Below, in pieces: positions 34,707 through 44,207 of a stretch of 44,207 bases of DNA. The DNA is from a virus (lineage: Duplodnaviria; Caudoviricetes): positions 1 through 44,207 of IMG/VR virus record IMGVR_UViG_3300023214_000447; one strand, written 5' to 3'. The notes below the pieces were generated by a model. The model saw only the letters and a program-made list of their open reading frames with translations. It ran no database searches and was not told the DNA's origin. Each line of letters opens with the position of its first letter. Position 1 is the first letter of the stretch. The position numbers were made by a program, and so were the translations under genes.

Positions 34707-35678
34707 ATGCACGGGCTCACCCCGCGACTGACCAGTGATCATATTCCGGTGCTGCGCCTGCATTACTCCTCCGACCCTGACAAGCAGCCGGGCACGGAAT
34801 TGGGAGAGCAATGGCGGGCGCAACAGGCGCAAGGCTACCCCGGTGGCCTGCAAGGACCACGCTGGCAGAAGGAAATGGAAATTCAGTACGGAGCGATGGG
34901 GGGCACCAAATGTTTTCCGGAATGGGAACAATGGATCAGCGGGGCGAAGATTGTCATTCCTCACTTTGAGCCGCATGGCTATAAACTCTATGGCTCGTTT
35001 GACCATGGCTGGCGCAATCCGGCCTGCTATCTCGTGGCGGGGATTGATTACGACGGGAATATCGTCATGTTTTGGGAAGCCTATGGCTCGTTTATTCCCT
35101 ATGATCAAATGGCGAAGGTGATTCATGGTCAGCCCGGACGCACCCGAGACAGCCACACCATTCCCGGCAATCCTCATCACGGCAAAGAAATTTTTAAACT
35201 GGCCGATCCCTCCATCTGGGCCGAAGACCGGCCCATGGCCGATGAAACCATGAAGTCCATTGCCCATTTGTATTCGAAACAACTCCCGAACGAGGAGCGG
35301 GTGTACTTCACCCCGGCAGAACGGGGAGGCGATACGACCGTGGTCGAATGGTTGACCTCGCATTTCTGGGCCGATCCGCAGGCCCCCTCCCTCCGGATTA
35401 CCACGGCCTGTCCCAATTTGATTAAAGAACTGGGCAAATTGCAGTTTAAAGACGTGTCAGCCAATGCATGTTTAACGAAAGATGCCCCGGAACAGTTGGT
35501 GGATAAAGACAACCATGCGTGGGACGCCATGAAGCAGTTTCTCTTGCGTTTTCCGCCGAAACATGCTAGGCCCAAGCCAGAAGAGAAGCCCTGCTCCTTT
35601 GCCTGGTGGCAAAAACAGGTCAAGGCGGCGAAAACCGGGGACATCATCAAAACCTATAAGCGGGAAATGGTGGGATAA
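34707..35678 (+). CDS. Terminase large subunit, nuclease domain
   Basis: LHYSSDPDK, WQKEMEI, SFDHGWRNPAC, ADPS, CPNLIKE, DKDNHAWDAMK. Confidence 0.85.
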   Translation: MHGLTPRLTSDHIPVLRLHYSSDPDKQPGTELGEQWRAQQAQGYPGGLQGPRWQKEMEIQYGAMGGTKCFPEWEQWISGAKIVIPHFEPHGYKLYGSFDHGWRNPACYLVAGIDYDGNIVMFWEAYGSFIPYDQMAKVIHGQPGRTRDSHTIPGNPHHGKEIFKLADPSIWAEDRPMADETMKSIAHLYSKQLPNEERVYFTPAERGGDTTVVEWLTSHFWADPQAPSLRITTACPNLIKELGKLQFKDVSANACLTKDAPEQLVDKDNHAWDAMKQFLLRFPPKHARPKPEEKPCSFAWWQKQVKAAKTGDIIKTYKREMVG

Positions 35679-36050
35679 ATGGCCACTGTACGATTTGGAA
35701 CCAAAAACGCGACGGAAGATGCGAGGAGACAAGTTGAAACGTTTGTCCCGGCTTTCGGGGTATCCATTGTGCCAAAATCATTGGCAAAGCAAATTGGCAC
35801 GAAGATGGCTGGAAATCTGTTTAAGGGGAAAGCGGGAGCAGAGGCGAACAAAGCGATTTCTCGGAATGTGTCCCAAGTCCTACCGAAGACGCCCCAGGGG
35901 TCTGGGCGGATGCTCGGGCAAATTGATAACGAGATGATTCGTGTGAGCAATAAGCGCTTTCAACAGCATCTTGGTCAATCATCTCTCTCACGCAAACCAC
36001 CGAAATTCCGGAAACTTCGCGAACAAATTCAGATTGGACGATCACGCTAA
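35679..36050 (+). CDS. Basic hypothetical protein
   Basis: Coupled at both ends; Lys/Arg-rich. Confidence 0.65.
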   Translation: MATVRFGTKNATEDARRQVETFVPAFGVSIVPKSLAKQIGTKMAGNLFKGKAGAEANKAISRNVSQVLPKTPQGSGRMLGQIDNEMIRVSNKRFQQHLGQSSLSRKPPKFRKLREQIQIGRSR

Positions 36051-38023
36051 TGCCCAAAAACCCGTTTCTGGGCCTCTTTACACGTCCGTTCAAAAAATCA
36101 GCCTCCGGTGAGGCCAATTCTGAGCGTGATGCGCTGAAAACATGGACGACTCGCATTACCCGAGCCCGCACCCTGCGTGAAAACTGGGAAAAAGAGTACG
36201 ATGTGGCTGAGTTGGAGCGATTTATCCTCGGCAAGCACTTTTCGGAAGGCACCAAGGGCACCAGCGTCTATAATCACTTCCGGGCGACCATTCGGACGAT
36301 TATGCCCTCCCTGGCCCTGGAAAATCCCAAGTTTTTCGTCCGGCCCAAGCCCGGACTCAGCCCACCGACCAACGAATTGAAGGCCTCGCAAGGCGAAAGT
36401 ATCTTAGAAGCCATTGCGACCCAGGAACAGCACCTCACCAAGCAAACCCGCCTCGCCCTGCTTCAGGCCTTTGTCCGGATCGGGGTCTTGAAAGTCGTCT
36501 ATGACCCAAAACTCGTCCCCAATCCCCGTGCCGGGGAACCCATCATGCAACAGGACAGTGAAGGAAACCCGATTTTGGACCCGCAAACCCTTCAGCCGCA
36601 GCCGATCATCAATATGCAAGGGGAACCCATCAAAGAGCCAAAATTCATCATCAACGACGAAATTTACCGATGGGAATGGGTGGATGGGCGCAGTATGCTA
36701 TTTCCCGATGCCGGACCGGATGCGTCGAAGTGGCCGTGGATTGGCGAGGAAGTGGTCGTGCCACTGGAAGACGCGCAAGACGATGACCGGTTCAACAAAG
36801 ACGCACGGGAACGCCTGAAACCCAATATTTCCCGCGAAGTCTCCAAGCGGGGCAAGGGGCCTTCCACGCTGCCGCAGGATCGGGATGAAGTCGATCCGAT
36901 GATGATGTATGTCGAACTCTATGACATGAAAACACGCAAGCATGTGGTCATTGCCGAAGGGCAGGATGAGGATATTGGCTTGCTGTTGGAAGAGGACTTA
37001 CCGGAAGGCATTGAAGAGCATCCGTATTCCGTGTTGACCTTTCAACCCATTCTCGGACCGGACCCGTCGCCCTGGCCCTATCCGGAAACGCATGACTGGA
37101 AAGACATTCAAACCGATTACAATCTGATGCGAAAGATGCAGGTGGAAGGGTCGCGCCGGGCCACACGCAAATTTGGCTATGAGGAAGGGACCTTTGCCGA
37201 TGAAGACGCGGCCATCCGCGCTCTGCAATCGCCTGTGGATATGGAAGCCTTCAAGGTGACCGATCTCAATAAAATGCCCAAGGCCATGGACAACCCCTCG
37301 GTCACGGCAGACTCCTGGCGCAACGTGGGCCTCCTTCAGACGGACTGGCAGATTATTACCGGCCAGACCGGAGCGAGACTTTCGGATCCCGATGCGAATA
37401 GTGCCACCGAGGCCATTTTCAGTGAACGGGCGTCCAATTTACGGGATGCCGACATGCAAAGCCTTGTCAATCAATGGCTGTCTGACTCGGGCCGGAAGAT
37501 GCTGCAATTGGTCCAAAAAACGTTGGCCCTTCGAATCTGGGTCCGGTTGGTATCGGTGGCGGATCAGGATTTGAACAGTTACCTCCAGCGCGTCTTTGGT
37601 ATCGTGCCGGAAGATCAAGCCGCGTTTCCGGGCCTGCGTGAAGCGATTAAAGAACGCATCGGGAACATGAAGTGGCAGTCGTTGAGTCGAGAGGATCTGG
37701 AGTTTGCGGCGGATGTGACCGTCGTGCCTGGCTCCACGAAGCCACGCAATCTGGATCAGGAACGTCGGCAGTGGCTGGAGTTTTTGACGATCATTGGCCA
37801 GGCCCCACAATTGGCGCTGTCCCGTGAACTCCTGCGTGAAACGGCCAGTAAATTCGAGCATATCAACGAACGGATGATTGATGAGTTAGTGGCTTTGGCC
37901 GAACGGATGAACCAAATTCAAATGCAGAAAGCCGGACGCACCCAGGGCGGGGAGAATGCGGCTGGCAACGGGACCACCCCAAGTAGTGTCCAGCAACTTG
38001 CTCAATCTATTGCACAGGGGTAA
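36050..38023 (+). CDS. Portal protein
   Basis: 657 aa after terminase; NP.FFV.P, GVLKVVY, SATEA, VTVVPGS motifs of P22-like portals. Confidence 0.85.
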   Translation: MPKNPFLGLFTRPFKKSASGEANSERDALKTWTTRITRARTLRENWEKEYDVAELERFILGKHFSEGTKGTSVYNHFRATIRTIMPSLALENPKFFVRPKPGLSPPTNELKASQGESILEAIATQEQHLTKQTRLALLQAFVRIGVLKVVYDPKLVPNPRAGEPIMQQDSEGNPILDPQTLQPQPIINMQGEPIKEPKFIINDEIYRWEWVDGRSMLFPDAGPDASKWPWIGEEVVVPLEDAQDDDRFNKDARERLKPNISREVSKRGKGPSTLPQDRDEVDPMMMYVELYDMKTRKHVVIAEGQDEDIGLLLEEDLPEGIEEHPYSVLTFQPILGPDPSPWPYPETHDWKDIQTDYNLMRKMQVEGSRRATRKFGYEEGTFADEDAAIRALQSPVDMEAFKVTDLNKMPKAMDNPSVTADSWRNVGLLQTDWQIITGQTGARLSDPDANSATEAIFSERASNLRDADMQSLVNQWLSDSGRKMLQLVQKTLALRIWVRLVSVADQDLNSYLQRVFGIVPEDQAAFPGLREAIKERIGNMKWQSLSREDLEFAADVTVVPGSTKPRNLDQERRQWLEFLTIIGQAPQLALSRELLRETASKFEHINERMIDELVALAERMNQIQMQKAGRTQGGENAAGNGTTPSSVQQLAQSIAQG

Positions 38024-38050
38024 CAGAAGAAGATTGGGAGAATGTCAAGG

Positions 38051-38344
38051 ATGCCCTTGCTCGCGCTCCAGTGTTTGAATCATCATCAGTCTGAACAATA
38101 CATTCACACGTTGCAGGATAAAGGGTGTCGGACCCTGCTCTGTGAATGCGGCGAAACGTTCGCGCCTGTCCTGTCGGTGGGCACCGGCCTGTGTTGGTTA
38201 GAAGAGGGGCGACCCATGACCATGTATAACATGGGTGATCAGCCAGTCACGGTCCGGAGTCATGCCGAACATCGGGAACAAATGAAAAAACATCAAGTGG
38301 CCCTGGCTGGGACCAAAGTCGGGCAGAAAGGGTGCTGGATATGA
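38051..38344 (+). CDS. FmdB-like Zn-ribbon protein
   Basis: MPL...C..HH...C.C pattern; typical post-portal position; start uncertain. Confidence 0.6.
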   Translation: MPLLALQCLNHHQSEQYIHTLQDKGCRTLLCECGETFAPVLSVGTGLCWLEEGRPMTMYNMGDQPVTVRSHAEHREQMKKHQVALAGTKVGQKGCWI

Positions 38345-38670
38345 GTCATAAACTGGCGAAAGCCTTTGGGTCGATGCAAGAGCCCGATCGAGTTATGGAA
38401 ACGACACGGAAGGCACACCGTATCGGCCAATCCTTCCTGCGTTATTACCGGCCGATCGTGGAATGGCAGGCCAATGAAGAGTTGGTGGACATTGAGCCTC
38501 CCATACGGTTGACATGCGTGGGCCTCACGGAAGTAGGGTATCTGCTCATTGCGCCGGATACCGACAAGGGGGCCTTTCCCAATTTAGGCTTTCTGTCGTT
38601 TGAGAATGAAGCGAAACTGGCCGATCACATAGCCTGGGAGGAGTCCCATGGGCATACCACAATGGAATAA
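38341..38670 (+). CDS. Hypothetical protein
   Basis: ATGA overlap. Confidence 0.6.
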   Translation: MSHKLAKAFGSMQEPDRVMETTRKAHRIGQSFLRYYRPIVEWQANEELVDIEPPIRLTCVGLTEVGYLLIAPDTDKGAFPNLGFLSFENEAKLADHIAWEESHGHTTME

Positions 38671-38983
38671 TCTCGGATGCGGTGAGCAGGAAGGGGGCTG
38701 CCCCATCGTCAAGAAACTGCTCCTTCAATGGCATCCAACCGGGGGCGTGGCGGAAAAACCGGCAGGCTATTTCTGCACGAAATGCTTGCGTGACATTCAA
38801 ACAGAGGAGTTCATTACCAAGATGCAGCTTCAGCAAAAGCAGCGGGAAATGGACGAAATTAAGGAGTCGATGGCGACCATAGGAGGTCCCCATGCCAGTA
38901 CCGGCGGGAACCAAGTTTCGCGTGACCACCACCAAGACGGGTCAAAAAATACGGCTGGCCATTCGGAACGGGAAGGTCATTGA
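38648..38983 (+). CDS. Hypothetical Zn-binding protein
   Basis: SD GGAGGAG; C..GC and CTKC. Confidence 0.55.
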   Translation: MGIPQWNNLGCGEQEGGCPIVKKLLLQWHPTGGVAEKPAGYFCTKCLRDIQTEEFITKMQLQQKQREMDEIKESMATIGGPHASTGGNQVSRDHHQDGSKNTAGHSEREGH

Positions 38984-39041
38984 AGCGAAAAAGCTCGGCA
39001 CTCCCAAGCCCTCTCTTCGCCAACAGGTGACCGGACGCTAA
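38892..39041 (+). CDS. Small basic protein (49 aa), not in ORF track
   Basis: SD AGGAGG; MPVPAGTKFRVTTTKTGQKIRLAIRNGKVIEAKKL; TAATG coupling. Confidence 0.65.
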   Translation: MPVPAGTKFRVTTTKTGQKIRLAIRNGKVIEAKKLGTPKPSLRQQVTGR

Positions 39042-39247
39042 TGGAAATCCGTTGCCCTAATTGCAATCACTTACTTTGTCGTGGTATCGTCATCGGTGAT
39101 ATTAAGTGTCACTCATGTCGCGGGATCACGACATTCGAGGCACATCCAGCCCAATTTCAAGCTCACCAATCAGCCCATGTCGCGGCCTTGACGTGTTCAG
39201 AGGTGGCACATGGATCCCAACGATCTCTCCGAAACGGCCCACGCTGA
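39041..39247 (+). CDS. Com-like Zn-finger protein
   Basis: EIRCPNCNHLL...IKCHSC. Confidence 0.7.
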   Translation: MEIRCPNCNHLLCRGIVIGDIKCHSCRGITTFEAHPAQFQAHQSAHVAALTCSEVAHGSQRSLRNGPR

Positions 39248-40133
39248 CGACGCGGCTGGTCAAGGCTCCGGCTTTGATACCGGCGGTCAGGGTGATGGCG
39301 CGATCGAGACCGGCCAGGAAACTCAGCCGGACCAAACCCAGAGTTTCATCAACCCCGCAGACCTGCCTGAAGAACTCAAACCGCATTGGTCCAAGATGCA
39401 CGGGGCCTTTACGAAGAAGATGCAGGAGGTCAAGGACATCCGCCAGGCGTATGACCAGATCAATCAGTTCTGGCAGGATGATTCGTATGCCCAACAGGTG
39501 TTGCGGCAACGCTTTCCTCACCTAGGAAATCAGCCGAATGGTGACAACGGGCCACGCTCGTCCGCGTCATCGGGCCAGGAATCCTCGGGTGGTGCGGCAG
39601 GAGTCCCACAGGACTTCGTGGACAGTCTCAAAAGCAGTGTCTCTCCGGATCTTCAGTTCGTGGTCAATGAGTTGGCCCCAGGGTTGTGGAAGAGCCTCCA
39701 AGGGCAGATTTCCACGGCTGTCGGGGGCATCCAGGAGCGGCTTGATCAGCAAACGAGCGAGCAGCAACAGGAGAAGTTTACCCAACTCGAAGCCCAATTA
39801 GATCAAAAATTTCCGGGGTGGCAACAACATGAATCGGATATGACCAACCTCTTGGCGTTTCTCCAATCCAACAAAATCGAAGACCGGCGGTGGGGCAATA
39901 AGTTGGAACTGTTGCTCAACCTGGTCTCAGGCAACGGCCAGTCCGTCAGTCAAGCCGTGGATCGGATCAATCAGGCGGGGAAAAATCGTATCCCCACCAG
40001 TTCGCATGGATCCCGGAAACCCGTCAATACTTCGGAGCGTATTTTGAAGGCCAGAACCTCACGGGAAGCGACGGAATTGGCTATGGAGGAGGCGGAAAAA
40101 ACATTGGCCAAGGACGGGATTAAATTGTGGTAA
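39210..40133 (+). CDS. Capsid scaffolding protein
   Basis: Acidic disordered N-terminus, M.GAFTKKMQE motif, directly before MCP. Confidence 0.75.
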   Translation: MDPNDLSETAHADDAAGQGSGFDTGGQGDGAIETGQETQPDQTQSFINPADLPEELKPHWSKMHGAFTKKMQEVKDIRQAYDQINQFWQDDSYAQQVLRQRFPHLGNQPNGDNGPRSSASSGQESSGGAAGVPQDFVDSLKSSVSPDLQFVVNELAPGLWKSLQGQISTAVGGIQERLDQQTSEQQQEKFTQLEAQLDQKFPGWQQHESDMTNLLAFLQSNKIEDRRWGNKLELLLNLVSGNGQSVSQAVDRINQAGKNRIPTSSHGSRKPVNTSERILKARTSREATELAMEEAEKTLAKDGIKLW

Positions 40134-40143
40134 GGAGACAACT

Positions 40144-41325
40144 ATGATGTACCGCATTCTGTTTGGATTGAGTGCGATTGGTCTCTCAGTCTATCTGGGG
40201 GATTGGTCCCTCTTGTTTATGGCATTCGGTGTCGTGCCCTCCAGCCTGACCGATGAGTATGGGGCATTGCTCACGACCACGGCCAGGAACATGGAGCCGC
40301 GCCTGCGTGACAATATCACCAAAGGCAACTTTGTCGTGGCGTGGTTGGATATGCGTGGACAATGGCGTGAAGAAGACGGCGGGGAGCGCGTGAAGGTCCC
40401 CCTGATGCATGCCCAAAACACCACGGCGGATATTTATTCGGGGTATGGCTTACTCGATACCACCCCCCAAGACGGCATCACGGCGGCATTCTATGATTGG
40501 GCGCAATTGTCGGTGTCGATCACCATCAGCCGGAAGGAAGAGCGGCAGAACAGTGGACGTCATGCGGCCATTAGCCTGCTTAATTCCAAAATCATGCAGG
40601 CGGAAGCCAGCATCAAGGAATTGCTCAATAATTGTATCGTGGCCGGTCGGATTACGGCCAGTTCGAATCTCGGGCAGTTCTTGCGACGGCGTGGCACCAT
40701 TGATACCTCGGCGAATGGGCCGTTGCCCATTCCAGCGATTGTCGATGCGAATGCCTCGCGGTCGGTGAGTATTGGGAACATCAATGGCAACACCCATAGC
40801 TTCTGGCGGAATCAAGCCACCTCCAGCACGGCAACCACGTTTGCCGGGCTGAAACAGGAAATGAACGCGATGTATAACGACTGTTCGAAAGGCGTCGGGG
40901 GCCCTCCTGATTTGGCGGTGTGCGACCAGACGGCCTGGGAAACCTACTTTAACAGCCTGCAAAGCCAGGAACGCTATTTTGTGACCGAGGAGCGAACCTT
41001 AGATGTACTCGGCGGGGCAGGCAAAGAAGGGCTCAAATTCCGCAAAGCCGTCTTGGTCTGGGACGAGGTCGTCCCCGATGTGGAGACCAATGCTGAAGTG
41101 GTGGATGGTGTGGGGAGTGTGACCACTTCCAATATCACCTTCCTTAACAGCATGAGTCTGGAATACATTGTGGATCGGGAAACCAATTTCGTGACCACGC
41201 CGATGGTGCGACCGGAAAACCAGGATGCCCGGACCGGGCAGATTCTTTGGATGGGGGCCATCGGGACCAACAACCGTCGGAAAAATGGCGTGTTGTACGG
41301 CATTTCCCAATCCATTACCAGCTAA
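40144..41325 (+). CDS. Major capsid protein (HK97 fold) with hydrophobic N-terminal extension
   Basis: DGGERVKVPL, YSGYGLL, A.YDW.Q, WRNQ, PDL.V, LKFR.A, F...P..RPENQDA; SD TAAGGAG. Confidence 0.9.
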   Translation: MMYRILFGLSAIGLSVYLGDWSLLFMAFGVVPSSLTDEYGALLTTTARNMEPRLRDNITKGNFVVAWLDMRGQWREEDGGERVKVPLMHAQNTTADIYSGYGLLDTTPQDGITAAFYDWAQLSVSITISRKEERQNSGRHAAISLLNSKIMQAEASIKELLNNCIVAGRITASSNLGQFLRRRGTIDTSANGPLPIPAIVDANASRSVSIGNINGNTHSFWRNQATSSTATTFAGLKQEMNAMYNDCSKGVGGPPDLAVCDQTAWETYFNSLQSQERYFVTEERTLDVLGGAGKEGLKFRKAVLVWDEVVPDVETNAEVVDGVGSVTTSNITFLNSMSLEYIVDRETNFVTTPMVRPENQDARTGQILWMGAIGTNNRRKNGVLYGISQSITS

Positions 41326-41364
41326 TTGATGTTCCATAGGGAACACAAATAAAGGAGTGTACAC

Positions 41365-41841
41365 ATGTTATTCCAACGAGTGAACCGAACCGACCCGGAA
41401 CGGGTGTTTGTGGTGATGAAGAACAGTTATTCCACGGCTTCGCTGTCGGCCAATCAATGGGTGGCCCATGACGTGGTGACAGATGAGGATGGTGTGGGTG
41501 TGACCAAAATATCCGGTGTCCTGCGTCATGCCATAGCTGGTGTGGCGGTCGAAACCATTGCCCATAACGATTATGGGCTGATTCAGGTGTGGGGCTACCG
41601 GAGTGGAGCCAGAATGTCTGGTGGGTCAGGATTGGCGACTTCTAAAATTTCGGAAGGCACCTTTCTGTACGTCTCCACGTCCGGATTTGCGGCCTATGGG
41701 CTCCATACCATTGCCAGCACCGTGACCATTCCGGCGTGGCGATTGGATAAAATTGGTGTGGCGATGAGTCCGACCAATACAGCGGCTAAAGCCACCAGTG
41801 CGACGACCTGGGTAGGTGACTGTTTCGTGAAGTGTCTCTAA
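41365..41841 (+). CDS. Putative capsid cement/decoration protein, allele B
   Basis: Homolog of 146..622. Confidence 0.65.
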   Translation: MLFQRVNRTDPERVFVVMKNSYSTASLSANQWVAHDVVTDEDGVGVTKISGVLRHAIAGVAVETIAHNDYGLIQVWGYRSGARMSGGSGLATSKISEGTFLYVSTSGFAAYGLHTIASTVTIPAWRLDKIGVAMSPTNTAAKATSATTWVGDCFVKCL

Positions 41842-42188
41842 TGCGACGACCGATTGCCTGGCAGAAAGGGCCACAAACGTGGCGAACACGCGGTTGGCGT
41901 TCGTGCCAGGACGTGTATGTGCCGAACGGCCCACAAGGGGCACCGCGCTATTTGCGGTGCGCCCAGGCGGGCTGCAATCGGTTGGTGACCCATGGCATGG
42001 TTCAAGTAGGCGGGTGTGGCTGCGGGAGCCGGAAACTCATCGGGTGCCGCAGCCTGACCCTTATGGAAATCGTGCTAGTCAAATTAGGGTGGTTTCCCTT
42101 AGATGATTGGGAGTCTCAAGAAATCCGACCTCTCTTCCGCCGGATCAGCCTTGGCCTTCGGCCTCTCCTATTTCGGCTATTCGGATGA
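41841..42188 (+). CDS. Cys-rich putative Zn-binding protein, allele B
   Basis: TAATG coupling; homolog of 624..971. Confidence 0.75.
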   Translation: MRRPIAWQKGPQTWRTRGWRSCQDVYVPNGPQGAPRYLRCAQAGCNRLVTHGMVQVGGCGCGSRKLIGCRSLTLMEIVLVKLGWFPLDDWESQEIRPLFRRISLGLRPLLFRLFG

Positions 42189-42831
42189 GACGTTGGCCCA
42201 GGTGGCCGGACGACGCGGCTATGAATTGATGACCTGGTTGTGGAAGAACCAGGGCGAGGGGATGTATCAGGATCCCCGGTATTTGTTGCGTCAGGAATGG
42301 TTTCATGCGTTTGGGGAGCCGGTTCGACGGCTCCCCCTCTTTTTTGAACATCTGTCCGCTGATGCCGAGGTGCTGGATTATGGATGTGGAACCGCGGAAC
42401 TCTGTCGGCAGGATTGGATTGAACGTGGTGGGCGGATGACGTTGTTAGACACCGAAGGTATTGTGCAGCCGTATTTACGCGCCAAGTATCCGATGGATAC
42501 GGTGGGGATGGGCACCGTCGAGAATGGACTAATCGGTCAATTTGATGCCATTGTCTGTACCGATGTTTTTGAGCATGTGCCGAATCCCATGGATCTTGTG
42601 ACGATGCTCTGGGACCACTTAAAACCTGGCGGGCAAGCCCTCTTTTGGTTTGATCATTCCCATCCACACCCTGGACATCTACAAGGAGCCATTCAACAAC
42701 TTCCAGCCTATGAACGATGGATCTCGGACCATGCCATTGTCCGGTATCGCCATCATGTGGACTGGCTGGAAAAACCTCAACCGTTGTTAAGGAAGGTGTA
42801 TGTCACTGTTAAACGTTTTTTCACGAACTGA
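42103..42831 (+). CDS. Class I SAM-dependent methyltransferase (intact only in allele B)
   Basis: VLDYGCGTA, FDAIVCTDVFEHVPNP, LKPGG; start uncertain. Confidence 0.85.
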   Translation: MIGSLKKSDLSSAGSALAFGLSYFGYSDETLAQVAGRRGYELMTWLWKNQGEGMYQDPRYLLRQEWFHAFGEPVRRLPLFFEHLSADAEVLDYGCGTAELCRQDWIERGGRMTLLDTEGIVQPYLRAKYPMDTVGMGTVENGLIGQFDAIVCTDVFEHVPNPMDLVTMLWDHLKPGGQALFWFDHSHPHPGHLQGAIQQLPAYERWISDHAIVRYRHHVDWLEKPQPLLRKVYVTVKRFFTN

Positions 42832-44207
42832 ACCCGAAGCGGTCACTCCTACGGAGACAAAAAAGACCAAACTGCTCATTGGTGTGGCTGGATTTCATGG
42901 AGTCATTCCGGAAGCGCAGGAGAATTTTTTTCAATTGGCCTATCGTCTCGGGAAAGACAACCCCGATATGGATTGCTATTTGAAAGTCATTATTAAGCGC
43001 GAACAATTCCGGGCGAGGAACAATTTAGTGGATCTGGCTTTAATTAATCAGGTGGATTATTTGCTCATGCTGGACGATGACATGATTGTGCCCACGGATC
43101 TTGTCAAACGACTGATGGCGCACGACAAGGACATTTGCGGGGCACTCTACTATCAACGGGGTGGGGCCTATCATCCTGTCATCATGAAACAATTCAATAA
43201 GAAAGACGGCCTCAAAGGCGTGGACTTTATCCATCATTTCGATCCGATCATTGTCAATCGTGGCTTGCATCGGTTGAAACAAGGCGTGATTGGTGGCGGC
43301 TGCATGTTGATTAAGCGTGAGGTTTTGGAACGCCTGCCGCAGCCGGTCTTTTGGATTGATGGCATTGTCGGGACCGATGTGCATTTCTGTGCCCAGGCTG
43401 AAGAATCCGGCTTCGAAGTCTGGGTCGATACCAGTTTGGAATTAGGTCATATCGGCGAGGCCAAGACGATTACGTCTCGCACCATTCCACACTATGGACG
43501 TGAACTCGGACGTATCAGCCAGCAATTGTGGGAGGATTTGCGAGGATACTATGTCGTTGATGACATGCAGCTCGAATCGATGGTGACGCAAGCCGCGTCC
43601 GGACAAGCTCGTGCCGACCATTGGAATTCTGAGCCGCGGGATACCTGGGAGCAGGTCCGGGCCTATTATCAAGACGACGGCCAATGGCCGGTCCTCAATC
43701 TTTCCGCCTACAACCTCCGGTTTGATCAAGCACGGGATTGGGCCATTAACGAATTGCCCAAGGCGCTTAAAGCCGGGGATCGGGTCATTGATTATGGATG
43801 TGGTGTGGGATATGTCGATGTGCCGTTAGGCGAAAAGGGGTTTCCGGTTGAAGCCATTGATTTGGCCAAGACGCAAACCATGAAGTTTTTACAATGGCGC
43901 ATTCAACGGCATGGCTTACAGGATGTCATTACCCCGCATGAATTTGAAGGTCCCGTTCCCGAGGACTTGCCAGTCAAGGCTAAAGCCGTGTTGATGATTA
44001 GCGTGCTTGATCATGCGTGGGATCCGTATGGTGCATTGGCGTGGGCCTATCGTCATCTGGAGCCTGGCGGGTATTTGTTGTGTGATAGTTGGCGCACCAT
44101 TCCCAAGGAGGACGAGCCGCAACACCTCATTAAATTTGATCCGCACAAATTCCTCTCCTATATGCGTTCGCAGGGATGGCGAGAATTGCCAGACAATCCC
44201 TTCCTCT
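42800..44207 (+). CDS. GT2-methyltransferase fusion, allele B (runs off window end; not in ORF track)
   Basis: MSLLNVFSRTEPEAVTPTETKKTKLLIGVAGFHG...MLDDD...VIDYGCGVG...ELPDNPFL, collinear with 1120..2535. Confidence 0.9.
   Translation, partial: MSLLNVFSRTEPEAVTPTETKKTKLLIGVAGFHGVIPEAQENFFQLAYRLGKDNPDMDCYLKVIIKREQFRARNNLVDLALINQVDYLLMLDDDMIVPTDLVKRLMAHDKDICGALYYQRGGAYHPVIMKQFNKKDGLKGVDFIHHFDPIIVNRGLHRLKQGVIGGGCMLIKREVLERLPQPVFWIDGIVGTDVHFCAQAEESGFEVWVDTSLELGHIGEAKTITSRTIPHYGRELGRISQQLWEDLRGYYVVDDMQLESMVTQAASGQARADHWNSEPRDTWEQVRAYYQDDGQWPVLNLSAYNLRFDQARDWAINELPKALKAGDRVIDYGCGVGYVDVPLGEKGFPVEAIDLAKTQTMKFLQWRIQRHGLQDVITPHEFEGPVPEDLPVKAKAVLMISVLDHAWDPYGALAWAYRHLEPGGYLLCDSWRTIPKEDEPQHLIKFDPHKFLSYMRSQGWRELPDNPFL

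Noticed and set aside
34416-34707. Group I/II intron or intein in terminase
   Set aside because: No recognisable intron core, homing endonuclease or intein motifs; both downstream ORFs have their own SD. Not excluded without RT-PCR.
34314-35363. 349-aa minus-strand ORF
   Set aside because: Antisense to terminase genes, no motifs.
41220-44207. True direct terminal repeat of a linear genome
   Set aside because: Copies are divergent internally and differ in gene content; genuine terminal repeats are identical.

Overview
Apparently complete, circularly permuted ~41.2-kb tailed phage genome with a podovirus-like (P22/T7-type) virion module, read once around plus a second, divergent copy of one ~2.5-3 kb block. 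Positions 1-127 equal 41220-41346 and 2456-2521 equal 44142-44207; between these anchors the two copies are different alleles of a cassette encoding a capsid cement protein, a Zn-binding protein, a methyltransferase (intact in one copy, deleted in the other) and a GT2-methyltransferase fusion. Gene order: split terminase, portal, scaffold, major capsid protein with a hydrophobic leader, glycosylation/methylation genes, adaptors, nozzle, ejection proteins, tail fibre; then an RHH-led recombination/replication operon (nuclease, annealing protein, M15 endolysin, GGQ release-factor domain, MazG, RusA, initiator); then a leftward operon of small, probably early genes. Best candidates for new biology: (1) two divergent sigma54 promoters with IHF-like sites and three GTCA-N6-TGAC palindromes although no sigma54 activator is encoded, and (2) the exchangeable capsid-decoration plus glycosylation/methylation cassette. 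No integrase, DNA polymerase, tRNA or spacer-containing CRISPR array was recognised. All product calls come from motif reading and synteny by eye, not database searches.
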